From sequence record OK040907: a stretch of DNA of 64,000 bases; one strand, written 5' to 3'. The notes under the pieces were generated by a model. The model did not search any database. It saw nothing but the letters and a program-made list of their open reading frames with translations, and had not been told where the DNA came from. Origin of the DNA: Enterobacteria phage Ac3. The translations under genes were made by a program, and so were the position numbers. This document shows positions 49,505 to 59,309 of the stretch, one piece after another. The stretch's first letter is position 1, and every line of letters begins with the position of its first letter.

Positions 49505-49891
49505 TTAGGCCTTAAAAGTTTTTCGCAAAAGTTCAATGATTTCATCTACATTGTTTTCGTCAACAATGCAGTGAATTTTTGTTACGCCAGAAACTATACC
49601 TTCATTAGCGGATTGAGGCTTTTCTAAAGTTACCTCAGTAAAGTATTTGAATTCTTCAGAGTAAATCTCAAAATACGTCTCAAGTGGGCCACCCGCCATG
49701 TATTCAGTACCATCTTCCATAGTTACACGTACCACACATTCACCAGCACAATCATCACTTTCCATTTCATCTACAACAAAACTAGGTCCGTGCTTCTCTA
49801 TTAAATTTAGCATCATTACATTGCAACGGCACTCGTTAGCAAAGTCATTTTTAAATAAAGGGTTAATGATATAAGTTTTTCCAACTTCCAC
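49505..49891 (-). CDS. Hypothetical protein
   Basis: 128 aa ORF. Confidence 0.55.
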   Translation of the reverse strand: MEVGKTYIINPLFKNDFANECRCNVMMLNLIEKHGPSFVVDEMESDDCAGECVVRVTMEDGTEYMAGGPLETYFEIYSEEFKYFTEVTLEKPQSANEGIVSGVTKIHCIVDENNVDEIIELLRKTFKA

Positions 49892-49937
49892 TTTGATTTC
49901 CTCATTTTAACGGGGCTATCAAATAGCCCCTTGATAA

Positions 49938-50168
49938 TTACTGTTCGATGAGACCCATGTAGAATTCCGCATCTTCGGAGTCCATACCGTCGCAGTATTC
50001 GTTAGCCATGAAGCGGGTCAGGTCCTCCAGTGGACCCTCAATAACAATGCTAAAGTTACAATAGTTCGGGTCATCATGGATGGAAGTAATAGACAGCTCC
50101 GGGTAACGGTTGCGGATAATTTCCTCGATGTATTCGAAATCAACGATGTCGATGTCTACTTTAGCCAT
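49938..50168 (-). CDS. Small acidic protein with GC3-rich codon usage
   Basis: 76 aa from MAKVDID with aggaaa RBS and own early promoter. Confidence 0.55.
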   Translation of the reverse strand: MAKVDIDIVDFEYIEEIIRNRYPELSITSIHDDPNYCNFSIVIEGPLEDLTRFMANEYCDGMDSEDAEFYMGLIEQ

Positions 50169-50211
50169 ATTATTTTCCTCTTTGATCATCAGCAGTATTG
50201 CCGATAGTTGT

Positions 50212-50241
50212 ATAGTACCATGGAAGGACAAGGATGTAAAC
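50212..50241 (-). promoter_or_regulatory. Early promoter: GTTTAC, 18-nt spacer, TACTAT
   Basis: Minus-strand GTTTAC at 50236-50241 and TACTAT at 50212-50217. Confidence 0.5.
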
Positions 50242-50314
50242 AGTTTTGTGAAAAAATTTTTGAAATAAAAAAGGGGACCTCTAGGGTCCCCAATTAATTA
50301 GTAATTATAATCTA

Positions 50315-51223
50315 TTACAGGTCGTTCAGGAGGTCATCCAGGTCGGTATCGTCGGCGCTGGAAGAGGAGCCGCTAGAGGAAGACATGAAGTCATCTTCGG
50401 TTTTAGTGTTAAAATCGTCAACGTTAAAGGCGTCCAGGTCATCCGCTACCTTATCGGCTTTCTTAGCCGCAGTAGCCGCAGCACCGCCCATCACAGCAGT
50501 GCCCATAACCTGACCGAACTTGGTGTTGAGTTCCTCAAAAGATTTAAATTTATCTTTGGAGGTCATCTCAGACAGATCTACCATCTGCTCAAACAGTTCT
50601 TTTTGGAAAGATTCGTCATCGATGTTCGGGATAGCAGACTGGTTCAGAAATTTGCTCTCGTCGTAATTGGAGAAACCAGAAACCTGTTTAACCTTCAGAA
50701 CGAAGTTGGCACCCTCCCACGGGCAGGTGACGTCGACCGGGGTTTCACCCATCTCCACGTCCACCGCAATCATAGCGTTAATTTTATCCCAGATTTTCTT
50801 ACCAAAGCGGTATTTGAAAACCTTACCCTCGTTTTCTGGCGCAGCTGGATCCTTTACAACCAGGATGTTAGCCCAGTAAGAGGTTTTACGTTTCACCAGG
50901 CCGTATTCTTTATTGTCGGTATTATACAGATCGTTTTTGGAAATGTACTGACACACCGGGCAAGAGTCGTAGTCGCCGTGGGTGGAAGAACAGTTTTCGA
51001 TGTACCATTTGCCGTTTTTCTTAAAACCGTGGTTCACCAGGATAGCGAACGGAGCCTGTTCGTCATTTTTGCTCGGCAGGAAGCGGATCACCGCCTGACC
51101 GTTGCCCGCGTTGTCCAGTTTCAGTTTCCATTCGCCTTTGTCCTCAGAGCTGAAGCCACCTTTGTTGCCCGCCAGCTTGGCCATCTGCGCAGCCAGTTCT
51201 GCCGTGCTCTTACGCTTGAACAT
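50315..51223 (-). CDS. 32: Single-stranded DNA-binding protein
   Basis: 302 aa; zinc ligands H/C/C/C in HGF...ENC...DSCPVC; acidic C-terminus; operator directly upstream. Confidence 0.95.
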   Translation of the reverse strand: MFKRKSTAELAAQMAKLAGNKGGFSSEDKGEWKLKLDNAGNGQAVIRFLPSKNDEQAPFAILVNHGFKKNGKWYIENCSSTHGDYDSCPVCQYISKNDLYNTDNKEYGLVKRKTSYWANILVVKDPAAPENEGKVFKYRFGKKIWDKINAMIAVDVEMGETPVDVTCPWEGANFVLKVKQVSGFSNYDESKFLNQSAIPNIDDESFQKELFEQMVDLSEMTSKDKFKSFEELNTKFGQVMGTAVMGGAAATAAKKADKVADDLDAFNVDDFNTKTEDDFMSSSSGSSSSADDTDLDDLLNDL

Positions 51224-51255
51224 TTTTATTTCCTTTTTAATTTAATTAACAGTTG
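51224..51255 (-). promoter_or_regulatory. Gene 32 translational operator (AU-rich unstructured leader)
   Basis: Minus-strand ttaattaaattaaaaaggaaataaaa immediately 5' of the ATG, as in T4 gene 32 autoregulation. Confidence 0.6.
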
Positions 51256-51306
51256 GTGCTATGACGATGTATGACCTCATAGCTGGTCAGTGAGATAATT
51301 ATAATT

Positions 51307-51314
51307 TATTTATA
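51307..51314 (-). promoter_or_regulatory. Late promoter TATAAATA upstream of gene 32
   Basis: Plus-strand tatttata about 85 nt upstream of the gene 32 ATG. Confidence 0.4.
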
Positions 51315-51322
51315 ATAAGCAA

Positions 51323-51976
51323 TTAATACTTACAAGATTTCACAGTTTCAATAAAAACTTTTTTAGCTTCCTGTGAATCGATATTTAAAATTTTTCTATA
51401 AGCTTTTAACTTTATAGAATAATTGTTCCAAACTAAATTATCAGTTTGTTCATCATGTTTATCAATTATATTTAAAAACGAATCAAGCAAGATAAACGTC
51501 TCAAACGAAATTATGTTCGATTGCAGAAGTTTAAAAATATAACTTGATTGAACTTTTGGATTATATTCAAAAATTTCTTTAAAAGCAGAAACTTCAACTT
51601 TTTTACTAAAATAATAAATGTTGCGAATATCTTCTTCAAACTTAAATTTAATTTGCTTTAAGCGTCCGATATATTCACGATAAAACACAAGTGCATCAGC
51701 GTCAGAGATGTCACCAATCCAAGCATCTTGGTTAGCAACCAAATTACTTATAAAGATTAAAGCAAGTTCCTTTAATTTATATTTTTCTGATAACTTCTGA
51801 AAAAAATACTTATCCCTTCGCTTTTGATAAGCGGCATCAGACACCCGCATGCACCAATTATACTTAATTACATCATACTTTCCATTCATATGTTGTTTTA
51901 TCATTAAGTATAATTTATAAACTGATTTACCATCAATGTATCTTTCACCACCAGCAGGCATGCGGAGTTTAATCAT
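51323..51976 (-). CDS. 59: Helicase loader (gp41 loading protein)
   Basis: 217 aa; matches T4 gp59. Confidence 0.9.
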   Translation of the reverse strand: MIKLRMPAGGERYIDGKSVYKLYLMIKQHMNGKYDVIKYNWCMRVSDAAYQKRRDKYFFQKLSEKYKLKELALIFISNLVANQDAWIGDISDADALVFYREYIGRLKQIKFKFEEDIRNIYYFSKKVEVSAFKEIFEYNPKVQSSYIFKLLQSNIISFETFILLDSFLNIIDKHDEQTDNLVWNNYSIKLKAYRKILNIDSQEAKKVFIETVKSCKY

Positions 51977-52320
51977 AGCAGAAAATCTAATGTATTAGTT
52001 TTTTCACAACGAACAACAGAAGGACGTAAAAGATTTTCGTCAATAGCTTCTGACTGAATTTTTTCAATTATACCCGAAGGAATAAATTTAGCAAATTGAG
52101 TTTCAGGAATAGAATTTTCTTCCAAGAATGCTGTCGTAGCTTCAAGATAACTCATTCCAAACTCTTCTACCATTTTTTCAATAATAAATCCATTTTCTTG
52201 GCGGTCAAGAAGCTTTGCAATTTCATCCTTTTCTTTCTTAATTGAAAGTTCTTTTTCTGAAAGCCCGGCCTCATCGACCGGGCGAATATCATTTAGAGAA
52301 AACTGTGTCATAAAGTTCAA
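51973..52320 (-). CDS. 33: Late transcription co-activator
   Basis: 115 aa ORF (112 aa from second Met); position between dsbA and 59. Confidence 0.75.
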   Translation of the reverse strand: MNFMTQFSLNDIRPVDEAGLSEKELSIKKEKDEIAKLLDRQENGFIIEKMVEEFGMSYLEATTAFLEENSIPETQFAKFIPSGIIEKIQSEAIDENLLRPSVVRCEKTNTLDFLL

Positions 52321-52558
52321 CTACCTCTTCAGTTTCAGCTTCAAACACATCACGGTTATCTTTATGATATAGAGCCAAAAGACGATTAAACATCTTGCCA
52401 TCAACACCAAGTTCATCTTTGGCACGAATTCGAATATCTTTAATTAATTCATTATAACCGGAAATTTTCAGTTTATGATCAGATGCTTCTTTAATAAATT
52501 TAGCCAAGTCTTCGCCGTGGATAGCTTCATCAAATTCAACCATTTCTTTTTTAGCCAT
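52289..52558 (-). CDS. dsbA: Double-stranded DNA-binding protein
   Basis: 89 aa; position between rnh and 33. Confidence 0.75.
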   Translation of the reverse strand: MAKKEMVEFDEAIHGEDLAKFIKEASDHKLKISGYNELIKDIRIRAKDELGVDGKMFNRLLALYHKDNRDVFEAETEEVVELYDTVFSK

Positions 52559-52566
52559 TATTCACC

Positions 52567-53484
52567 TCAAAATTCATTAATGCTATTGGTTAATTTAGAA
52601 AGACCCGCTTTTACAAAATATGAATAAATTTTGCCACGCGGTGGTAATTTATATGAATTATAGTAATTCACAATGTTTGAAGCAATATTATCAGGAATAT
52701 AATCAAAATCAATTAGAACTAAATTTTCTTTATAACGATTATATTCAGATTCTGTGAGAAGCACCTTAGCTTGCTCACGGTCATTAGCAATAGCTTCAAC
52801 GATTGAAGTTTTCATTGAAGGAGTTCGTTCACCTTCAACTTTGGTAAACCAAAAGTCAGATCGTACTTTAACTGAAGCAACGTTATCCTTTTTATCGCCT
52901 TTAAGGATTTTAGTCATACAGTCAATTTCAGCAGAACCGCTTTTAATTTTAACCCATTTCTTGTGCATCGGTGACCATTGCTTAACATTTGGATATTTGT
53001 GAAGTTGAGTAAAGTCACCATCAGATGAAATGATTAAAATCTTGTGTCCTTCTAAAGAGAACTTTTTAACAAGAACAGCAATGTGGTCATCTGCTTCATA
53101 CTTATCGATATCCATAACAATGTATGGCATATAAGCTTTCAATTCATCTATAACTTTATGACTGGATTCAAAATAACCTTCCCAGTCCCAAATAGATTCT
53201 TCTCGTGCTTTTCCACGGTTTTTCTTATAATAATACGCGAAATCACGACGCCAATATCCAGATTTCGCATTATCAATACACAGTACAATTTTAGTGTATC
53301 CAAGAGTTTTTGCTTTTTTGACATTAAACTTAATTGAGTTCAATATCAAATGACGAACCATTGATAAATTAATTTTTTCTTTATCTGGAAAGTTTACCAA
53401 AGCAGTTGAAAGCGCAATTTGACTAAAGTCAATAAAGCAAATTCCTTCTTTGTAATCTTCATCCAGCATCATTTCTAAATCCAT
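52567..53484 (-). CDS. rnh: RNase H (5'-3' exonuclease / flap endonuclease)
   Basis: 305 aa from MDLEMM (the track ORF has 5 extra codons); matches T4 RNase H. Confidence 0.85.
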   Translation of the reverse strand: MDLEMMLDEDYKEGICFIDFSQIALSTALVNFPDKEKINLSMVRHLILNSIKFNVKKAKTLGYTKIVLCIDNAKSGYWRRDFAYYYKKNRGKAREESIWDWEGYFESSHKVIDELKAYMPYIVMDIDKYEADDHIAVLVKKFSLEGHKILIISSDGDFTQLHKYPNVKQWSPMHKKWVKIKSGSAEIDCMTKILKGDKKDNVASVKVRSDFWFTKVEGERTPSMKTSIVEAIANDREQAKVLLTESEYNRYKENLVLIDFDYIPDNIASNIVNYYNSYKLPPRGKIYSYFVKAGLSKLTNSINEF

Positions 53485-53546
53485 ATGAACCTCGTTCAAT
53501 TAGTGAGATTTCTATTATATACCATCCAAATCTTAAAGTAAACAAG

Positions 53547-53554
53547 TATAAATA
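53547..53554 (+). promoter_or_regulatory. Late promoter TATAAATA upstream of gene 34
   Basis: Exact TATAAATA 35 nt upstream of ATG. Confidence 0.6.
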
Positions 53555-53588
53555 CTTATTATTGAAAACACAATAGGAGCCCGGGAGA

Positions 53589-56500
53589 ATGGCCGAGATT
53601 AAAAGAAAGTTCAGAGCAGAAGATGGTCTGGACGCAGGTGGTGATAAAATAATCAACGTAGCTTTAGCTGATCGTGCCGTAGGAACTGACGGTGTAAACG
53701 TTGATTACTTAATTCAAGAAAACACAGTTCAACAATATGATCCAACTCGTGGATATTTAAAAGATTTTGTAATCATTTATGATAACCGCTTTTGGGCTGC
53801 TATAAATGATATTCCAAAACCAGCAGGAGCTTTTAATAGCGTACGATGGAGAGCGTTACGCACTGATGCAAACTGGACAACTGTTTCGTCAGGACCTTAT
53901 CAATTAAAATCAGGCGAATCGATTTCAGTTAACACCGCAGCGGGTAATGACATTACATTTACTTTGCCATCTTCTCCAATTGATGGTGATACTATCGTTC
54001 TCCAAGATATTGGAGGAAAACCTGGAGTTAACCAGGTTTTAATTACAGCTCCGGTACAAAGCATTGTAAATTTTAGAGGTCAACAAGTACGCTCAGTACT
54101 AATGACTCATCCAAAATCACAGATAGTTTTAATTTTTAGTAATCGTCTGTGGCAAATGTATGTTGCTGATTATAGCAGAGAAGCGGCAGTTGTAACACCG
54201 GCAAGTCTTTATCAAGCGCAATCAAACGATTTTATCGTGCGTAGATTTACTTCTGCTTCAGCAATTAATATTAAACTTCCTAGATTTGCTAATCATGGGG
54301 ATATTATTAATTTTGTTGATTTAGATAAATTAAATCCACTTTATCACACAATTGTTACCACATATGATGAAACAACTTCAGTACAAGAAGTTGGAACTCA
54401 TTCCATTGAAGGCCGTACATCTATTGATGGTTTCTTAATGTTTGATGATAATGAGAAATTGTGGAGATTGTTTGACGGGGATAGTAAAGCACGTTTACGC
54501 ATTATAACGACTAATTCTAATATTCGTCCAAATGAAGAAGTCATGGTATTTGGCGCGAATAATGGAACAACCCAAACAATTGAACTTCAGCTTCCAACTG
54601 ATATTTCTATCGGTGATACTGTTAAGATTTCCATGAATTATATGAGAAAAGGACAAACAGTTAAAATCAAAGCTGCCGGTGAAGATAAAATTGCTTCTTC
54701 AGTTCAATTGCTGCAATTTCCAAAACGTTCAGAATACCCACCTGAAACTAAATGGGTGACTGTTCAAGAATTAGTTTTTAATGGCGAAACCAATTATGTT
54801 CCAGTTTTACAGCTTGCTTATATCGAAGATTCCGATGGAAAATATTGGGTTGTACAGCAAAACGTTCCAACTGTAGAAAGAGTAGACTCTTTAAATAATT
54901 CTACTAGAGCAAGATTAGGCGTAATTGCTTTAGCTACACAGGCTCAAGCTAATGCTGATCTAGAAAATTCTCCACAAAAAGAACTGGCAATTACTCCAGA
55001 AACGTTAGCTAATCGTACTGCTACAGAAACTCGTAGAGGTATTGCAAGAATAGCAACAACTGCGCAAGTAAACCAGGATACCACATTCTCTTTTGCAGAT
55101 GACCTTATCATCACTCCTAAAAAGTTGAATGAAAGAACTGCTACAGAAACTCGTAGGGGTGTCGCTGAAATTGCTACGCAACAGGAAACTAATACAGGTA
55201 CTGATGATACGACAATCATCACTCCTAAAAAGCTTCAAGCTCGCCAAGGTTCTGAATCATTATCTGGTATTGTAACTTTTGTATCTACTGCAGGTGCTAC
55301 TCCAGCTTCTAGCCGTGAATTAAATGGTACGAATGTTTATAATAAAAACACTAATAATTTAGTTGTTTCGCCAAAAGCTTTGGACCAGTATAAAGCTACG
55401 CCTACTCAACAGGGTGCAGTAATTTTAGCAGTTGAAAGTGAAGTAATTGCTGGTCAAAGTCAAGAAGGATGGGCAAATGCTGTTGTGACGCCAGAAACGT
55501 TACATAAAAAGACATCAACTGATGGAAGAATTGGTTTAATTGAAATTGCTACGCAAAGTGAAGTTAATACAGGAACTGATTATACTCGTGCAGTCACTCC
55601 TAAAACTTTAAATGACCGTAGAGCAACTGAAAGTTTAAGTGGTATAGCTGAAATTGCTACACAAGTTGAATTCGACGCAGGCGTCGACGATACTCGTATC
55701 TCTACACCATTAAAAATTAAAACTAGATTTAATAGTACTGATCGTACTTCTGTTGTTGCTCTATCTGGATTAGTTGAATCAGGAACTCTCTGGGACCATT
55801 ATACCCTTAATATTCTTGAAGCAAATGAGACACAACGTGGTACACTTCGTGTGGCTACACAAGTTGAAGCTGCTGCTGGAAAATTAGATAATGTTTTAAT
55901 AACTCCTAAAAAGCTTTTAGGTACTAAATCTACTGAAGCACAAGAAGGTGTTATTAAAGTTGCAACACAAACCGAAACTGTTGCTGGAACATCGGCAAAT
56001 ACTGCTGTATCTCCAAAAAATTTAAAATGGATTGTGCAGAGTGAACCTACTTGGGCAGCTACTACTGCAGTAAGAGGCTTTGTTAAAACTTCATCTGGTT
56101 CAATTACATTCGTTGGTAATGATACAGCCGGTTCTACTCAGGACTTAGAGCTATACGAGAAAAATAGCTATGCAGTATCACCATACGAATTAAACCGTGT
56201 ATTAGCAAATTATTTGCCATTAAAAGCAAAAGCTGCAGATAGTAATTTATTGGATGGTCTAGATTCATCTCAGTTCATTCGTAGGGATATTGCGCAGACG
56301 GTTAATGGTTCACTAACCTTAACTCAACAAACGAATCTGAGTGCCCCTCTTGTATCATCTAGTACTGCTACGTTCGGTGGATCAGTTTCAGCAAATAGTA
56401 CATTAACTATTTCTAATACTGGAACAGCAACTCGATTGATTTTTGAGAAAGGACCTCAAACTGGAACAAACCCAGCCCAAACGATGACTGTTAGAGTGTG

Positions 56501-57458
56501 GGGAAATCAATTTAGTGGGGAATTAGATACAACACGTTCTACCGTATTTGAAGTTAGTGATGAAACATCTAGTCATTTTTATTCTCAGCGCAATAAAGCC
56601 GGAAATATAACATTTAATATCAACGGTACAGTAACACCGATAAATGTTAATGCTTCAGGAACATTGAATGCAAATGGCGTAGCAACATTTGGTAATTCAG
56701 TCACTGCAACTGGTGAAATTATTTCTCGAAGCGCAAATGCTTTCCGTGCTATTAACGGAAATTATGGTTTCATTGTTCGCAATGATGGATCAGTAACGAA
56801 TTTTATGCTTACTGCATCGGGTGATCAGACTGGTGGATTTAACGGATTACGCCCATTAGCTATTAATAATGCATCTGGTCAAGTAACGATTGGTGAAAGC
56901 TTAATCATCGCCAAAGGTGCTACTATAAATTCTGGTGGTTTAACTGTTAACTCGAGAATTCGTTCTCAAGGTACTAAAACATCTGACTTATATACACGTG
57001 CGCCAACATCTGATACTGTAGGATTCTGGTCAATTGATATTAACGATTCAGCTACTTATAACCAGTTCCCAGGTTATTTTAAAATGGTTGAAAAAACTAA
57101 TGAAGTGACTGGTCTTCCATATTTAGAACGTGGCGAAGAAGTTAAATCTCCTGGTACACTGACTCAGTTTGGTAACACACTTGATTCGCTTTACCAAGAT
57201 TGGATTACTTATCCAACAACGCCAGAAGCGCGTACCACTCGCTGGACACGTACATGGCAGAAAACCAAAAATTCTTGGTCAAGTTTTGTTCAGGTATTTG
57301 ATGGAGGTAATCCTCCTCAACCATCTGATATTGGTGCTTTACCATCTGATAATGCTACAATGGGTAATCTTACTATTCGTGATTTCTTACGAATTGGTAA
57401 TGTTCGCATTATTCCTGACCCAGTGAATAAAACTGTTAAATTTGAATGGGTTGAATAA
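53589..57458 (+). CDS. 34: Long tail fibre proximal subunit
   Basis: 1289 aa as T4 gp34; internal fibre repeats. Confidence 0.95.
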   Translation: MAEIKRKFRAEDGLDAGGDKIINVALADRAVGTDGVNVDYLIQENTVQQYDPTRGYLKDFVIIYDNRFWAAINDIPKPAGAFNSVRWRALRTDANWTTVSSGPYQLKSGESISVNTAAGNDITFTLPSSPIDGDTIVLQDIGGKPGVNQVLITAPVQSIVNFRGQQVRSVLMTHPKSQIVLIFSNRLWQMYVADYSREAAVVTPASLYQAQSNDFIVRRFTSASAINIKLPRFANHGDIINFVDLDKLNPLYHTIVTTYDETTSVQEVGTHSIEGRTSIDGFLMFDDNEKLWRLFDGDSKARLRIITTNSNIRPNEEVMVFGANNGTTQTIELQLPTDISIGDTVKISMNYMRKGQTVKIKAAGEDKIASSVQLLQFPKRSEYPPETKWVTVQELVFNGETNYVPVLQLAYIEDSDGKYWVVQQNVPTVERVDSLNNSTRARLGVIALATQAQANADLENSPQKELAITPETLANRTATETRRGIARIATTAQVNQDTTFSFADDLIITPKKLNERTATETRRGVAEIATQQETNTGTDDTTIITPKKLQARQGSESLSGIVTFVSTAGATPASSRELNGTNVYNKNTNNLVVSPKALDQYKATPTQQGAVILAVESEVIAGQSQEGWANAVVTPETLHKKTSTDGRIGLIEIATQSEVNTGTDYTRAVTPKTLNDRRATESLSGIAEIATQVEFDAGVDDTRISTPLKIKTRFNSTDRTSVVALSGLVESGTLWDHYTLNILEANETQRGTLRVATQVEAAAGKLDNVLITPKKLLGTKSTEAQEGVIKVATQTETVAGTSANTAVSPKNLKWIVQSEPTWAATTAVRGFVKTSSGSITFVGNDTAGSTQDLELYEKNSYAVSPYELNRVLANYLPLKAKAADSNLLDGLDSSQFIRRDIAQTVNGSLTLTQQTNLSAPLVSSSTATFGGSVSANSTLTISNTGTATRLIFEKGPQTGTNPAQTMTVRVWGNQFSGELDTTRSTVFEVSDETSSHFYSQRNKAGNITFNINGTVTPINVNASGTLNANGVATFGNSVTATGEIISRSANAFRAINGNYGFIVRNDGSVTNFMLTASGDQTGGFNGLRPLAINNASGQVTIGESLIIAKGATINSGGLTVNSRIRSQGTKTSDLYTRAPTSDTVGFWSIDINDSATYNQFPGYFKMVEKTNEVTGLPYLERGEEVKSPGTLTQFGNTLDSLYQDWITYPTTPEARTTRWTRTWQKTKNSWSSFVQVFDGGNPPQPSDIGALPSDNATMGNLTIRDFLRIGNVRIIPDPVNKTVKFEWVE

Positions 57459-57466
57459 GAGGTATT

Positions 57467-58582
57467 ATGGAAAAATTTATGGCAGAGTTTGGACAAGGAT
57501 ATGTCCAAACGCCATTTTTATCGGAAAGCAATTCAGTAAGATATAAAATAAGTATAGCGGGTTCTTGCCCGCTTTCTACCGCAGGACCATACGTTAAATT
57601 TCAAGATAATCCTGTAGGAAGTCAAACATTTAGTGCAGGTCTTCATTTAAGAGTTTTTGACCCTTCCACGGGAGCATTGGTTGATAGTAAGTCATATGTT
57701 TTTTCTACTTCAAATGATACAACATCTGCTGCTTTTGTTAGTTTTATGAATTCTTTTTCAAGCAATAGACTTGTTGCTATATTAACTAGCGGAAAGGTTA
57801 ATTTTCCTCCTGAAGTAGTATCTTGGTTAAGAACGGCAGGAACATCTGCTTTTCCATCTGATTCTTTATTGTCAAGATTTGACGTATCATATGCTGCCTT
57901 TTACACTTCTTCTAAAAGAGCTATCGCACTAGAGCATGTTAAACTGAGTAACAGAAAAAGCACAGATGACTATCAAACTATATTAGATGTAGTATTTGAT
58001 AGTTTAGAAGATGTTGGAGCGACAGGATTTCCTAAAAGAACATATGAAAGCGTTGAGCAATTTATGTCAGCTGTTGGTGGAACTAATAACGAAATTGCAC
58101 GTCTACCTACAGCATCTGCAATAAGTAAACTTTCTGACTATAATTTAATTCCTGGAGATGTTCTTTATCTTAAAGCACAACTATATGCTGATGCTGATTT
58201 ATTAGCGTTGGGAACTACTAATATTTCAATTCGTTTTTATAATGCGTCGAATGGATATATTTCCTCGACACAAGCTGAGTTTACCGGACAAGCTGGATCT
58301 TGGGAATTAAAAGAAGATTATGTAGTTGTTCCTGAAAATGCAGTAGGATTTACGATATACGCACAGAGAACTGCACAAGCGGGTCAAGGCGGTATGAGAA
58401 ATTTAAGCTTTTCTGAAGTGTCAAGAAATGGTGGCATTTCAAAACCTGCTGAGTTTGGCGTCAATGGTATTCGAGTTAATTATATCTGTGAATCTGCTTC
58501 ACCTCCGGATATAATGGTACTTCCTACGCAAGCATCGTCTAAAACTGGTAAAGTGTTTGGGCAGGAATTTAGAGAAGTTTAA
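57467..58582 (+). CDS. 35: Long tail fibre hinge connector
   Basis: 371 aa; position. Confidence 0.9.
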   Translation: MEKFMAEFGQGYVQTPFLSESNSVRYKISIAGSCPLSTAGPYVKFQDNPVGSQTFSAGLHLRVFDPSTGALVDSKSYVFSTSNDTTSAAFVSFMNSFSSNRLVAILTSGKVNFPPEVVSWLRTAGTSAFPSDSLLSRFDVSYAAFYTSSKRAIALEHVKLSNRKSTDDYQTILDVVFDSLEDVGATGFPKRTYESVEQFMSAVGGTNNEIARLPTASAISKLSDYNLIPGDVLYLKAQLYADADLLALGTTNISIRFYNASNGYISSTQAEFTGQAGSWELKEDYVVVPENAVGFTIYAQRTAQAGQGGMRNLSFSEVSRNGGISKPAEFGVNGIRVNYICESASPPDIMVLPTQASSKTGKVFGQEFREV

Positions 58583-58587
58583 ATTGA

Positions 58588-58605
58588 GGGAGCCTTCGGG
58601 TTCCC
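58588..58605 (+). terminator. Hairpin gggagccttcgggttccc after gene 35
   Basis: GC stem with UUCG-type loop, followed by T-run. Confidence 0.5.
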
Positions 58606-58613
58606 TTTTTCTT

Positions 58614-58621
58614 TATAAATA
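58614..58621 (+). promoter_or_regulatory. Late promoter TATAAATA upstream of gene 36
   Basis: Exact TATAAATA 24 nt upstream of ATG. Confidence 0.6.
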
Positions 58622-58644
58622 CTATTAAAATAAAGGGGCATACA

Positions 58645-59301
58645 ATGGCTGATTTAAAAGTAGGTTCAACAACTGGAGGCTCTGTCATTTGGCATCAAGG
58701 AAATTTTCCATTGAATCCAGCCGGTGACGATGTACTCTACAAATCATTTAAAATATATTCAGAATATAATAAACCACAAGCAACTGATAACGATTTCGTT
58801 TCTAAAGCTAATGGTGGTACTTATTTAAATAAAGTAATTTTTAATAAAGGAATGACTGTTCCTGGTGCTGGGTCAGGTGACAACGGTATTTTTGCCGGTC
58901 CTGGTGATAATGCCACATATGATACTACAAATATGGATATTGTTTCATGGTATGGTATCGGCTTTAAATCATCACAAGGGGCAGCAGGTAGAACTGTAGT
59001 AATTAACACACGAAACGGAGATATTAGCTCAAAGGGTGTAATTGAAGCATCACAAATACGCGCAACTTCGTTATCACCAGTAAATAATTATGACCTTACG
59101 AGAAAAGATTATGTTGATGGGGCAATAAATATTGTTACAACAAATGCAAACTCTAGAGTATTACGCTCTGGAGACACTATGACAGGAAATTTAACTGCGC
59201 CAAACCTTTTTTCACAGAATCCTGCATCTCAACCCTCGCATGTTCCGCGATTTGACCAAATCGTAATTAAGGATTCTGTTCAAGATTTCGGCTATTATTA
59301 A
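58645..59301 (+). CDS. 36: Long tail fibre distal connector
   Basis: 218 aa; GDTMTG fibre motif. Confidence 0.9.
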   Translation: MADLKVGSTTGGSVIWHQGNFPLNPAGDDVLYKSFKIYSEYNKPQATDNDFVSKANGGTYLNKVIFNKGMTVPGAGSGDNGIFAGPGDNATYDTTNMDIVSWYGIGFKSSQGAAGRTVVINTRNGDISSKGVIEASQIRATSLSPVNNYDLTRKDYVDGAINIVTTNANSRVLRSGDTMTGNLTAPNLFSQNPASQPSHVPRFDQIVIKDSVQDFGYY

Positions 59302-59309
59302 GAGGACTT

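Noticed and set aside
49243-49891. Possible frameshifted single gene from the overlapping 100-aa and 128-aa track ORFs
   Set aside because: The downstream gene more likely starts at the internal ATG (MTKDD) with an aagg RBS right after the upstream stop, giving two adjacent genes with no frameshift needed.
50603-51274. 223-aa plus-strand ORF antisense to gene 32
   Set aside because: It exists only because the GC3-rich gene 32 lacks stop codons on the opposite strand; no start context, and gene 32 is unambiguous.
54940-55700. Repeated nucleotide and peptide blocks inside gene 34
   Set aside because: These are the periodic structural repeats of the fibre shaft (ITPKKL...RTATETRRG...IAT), not mobile or regulatory repeats.
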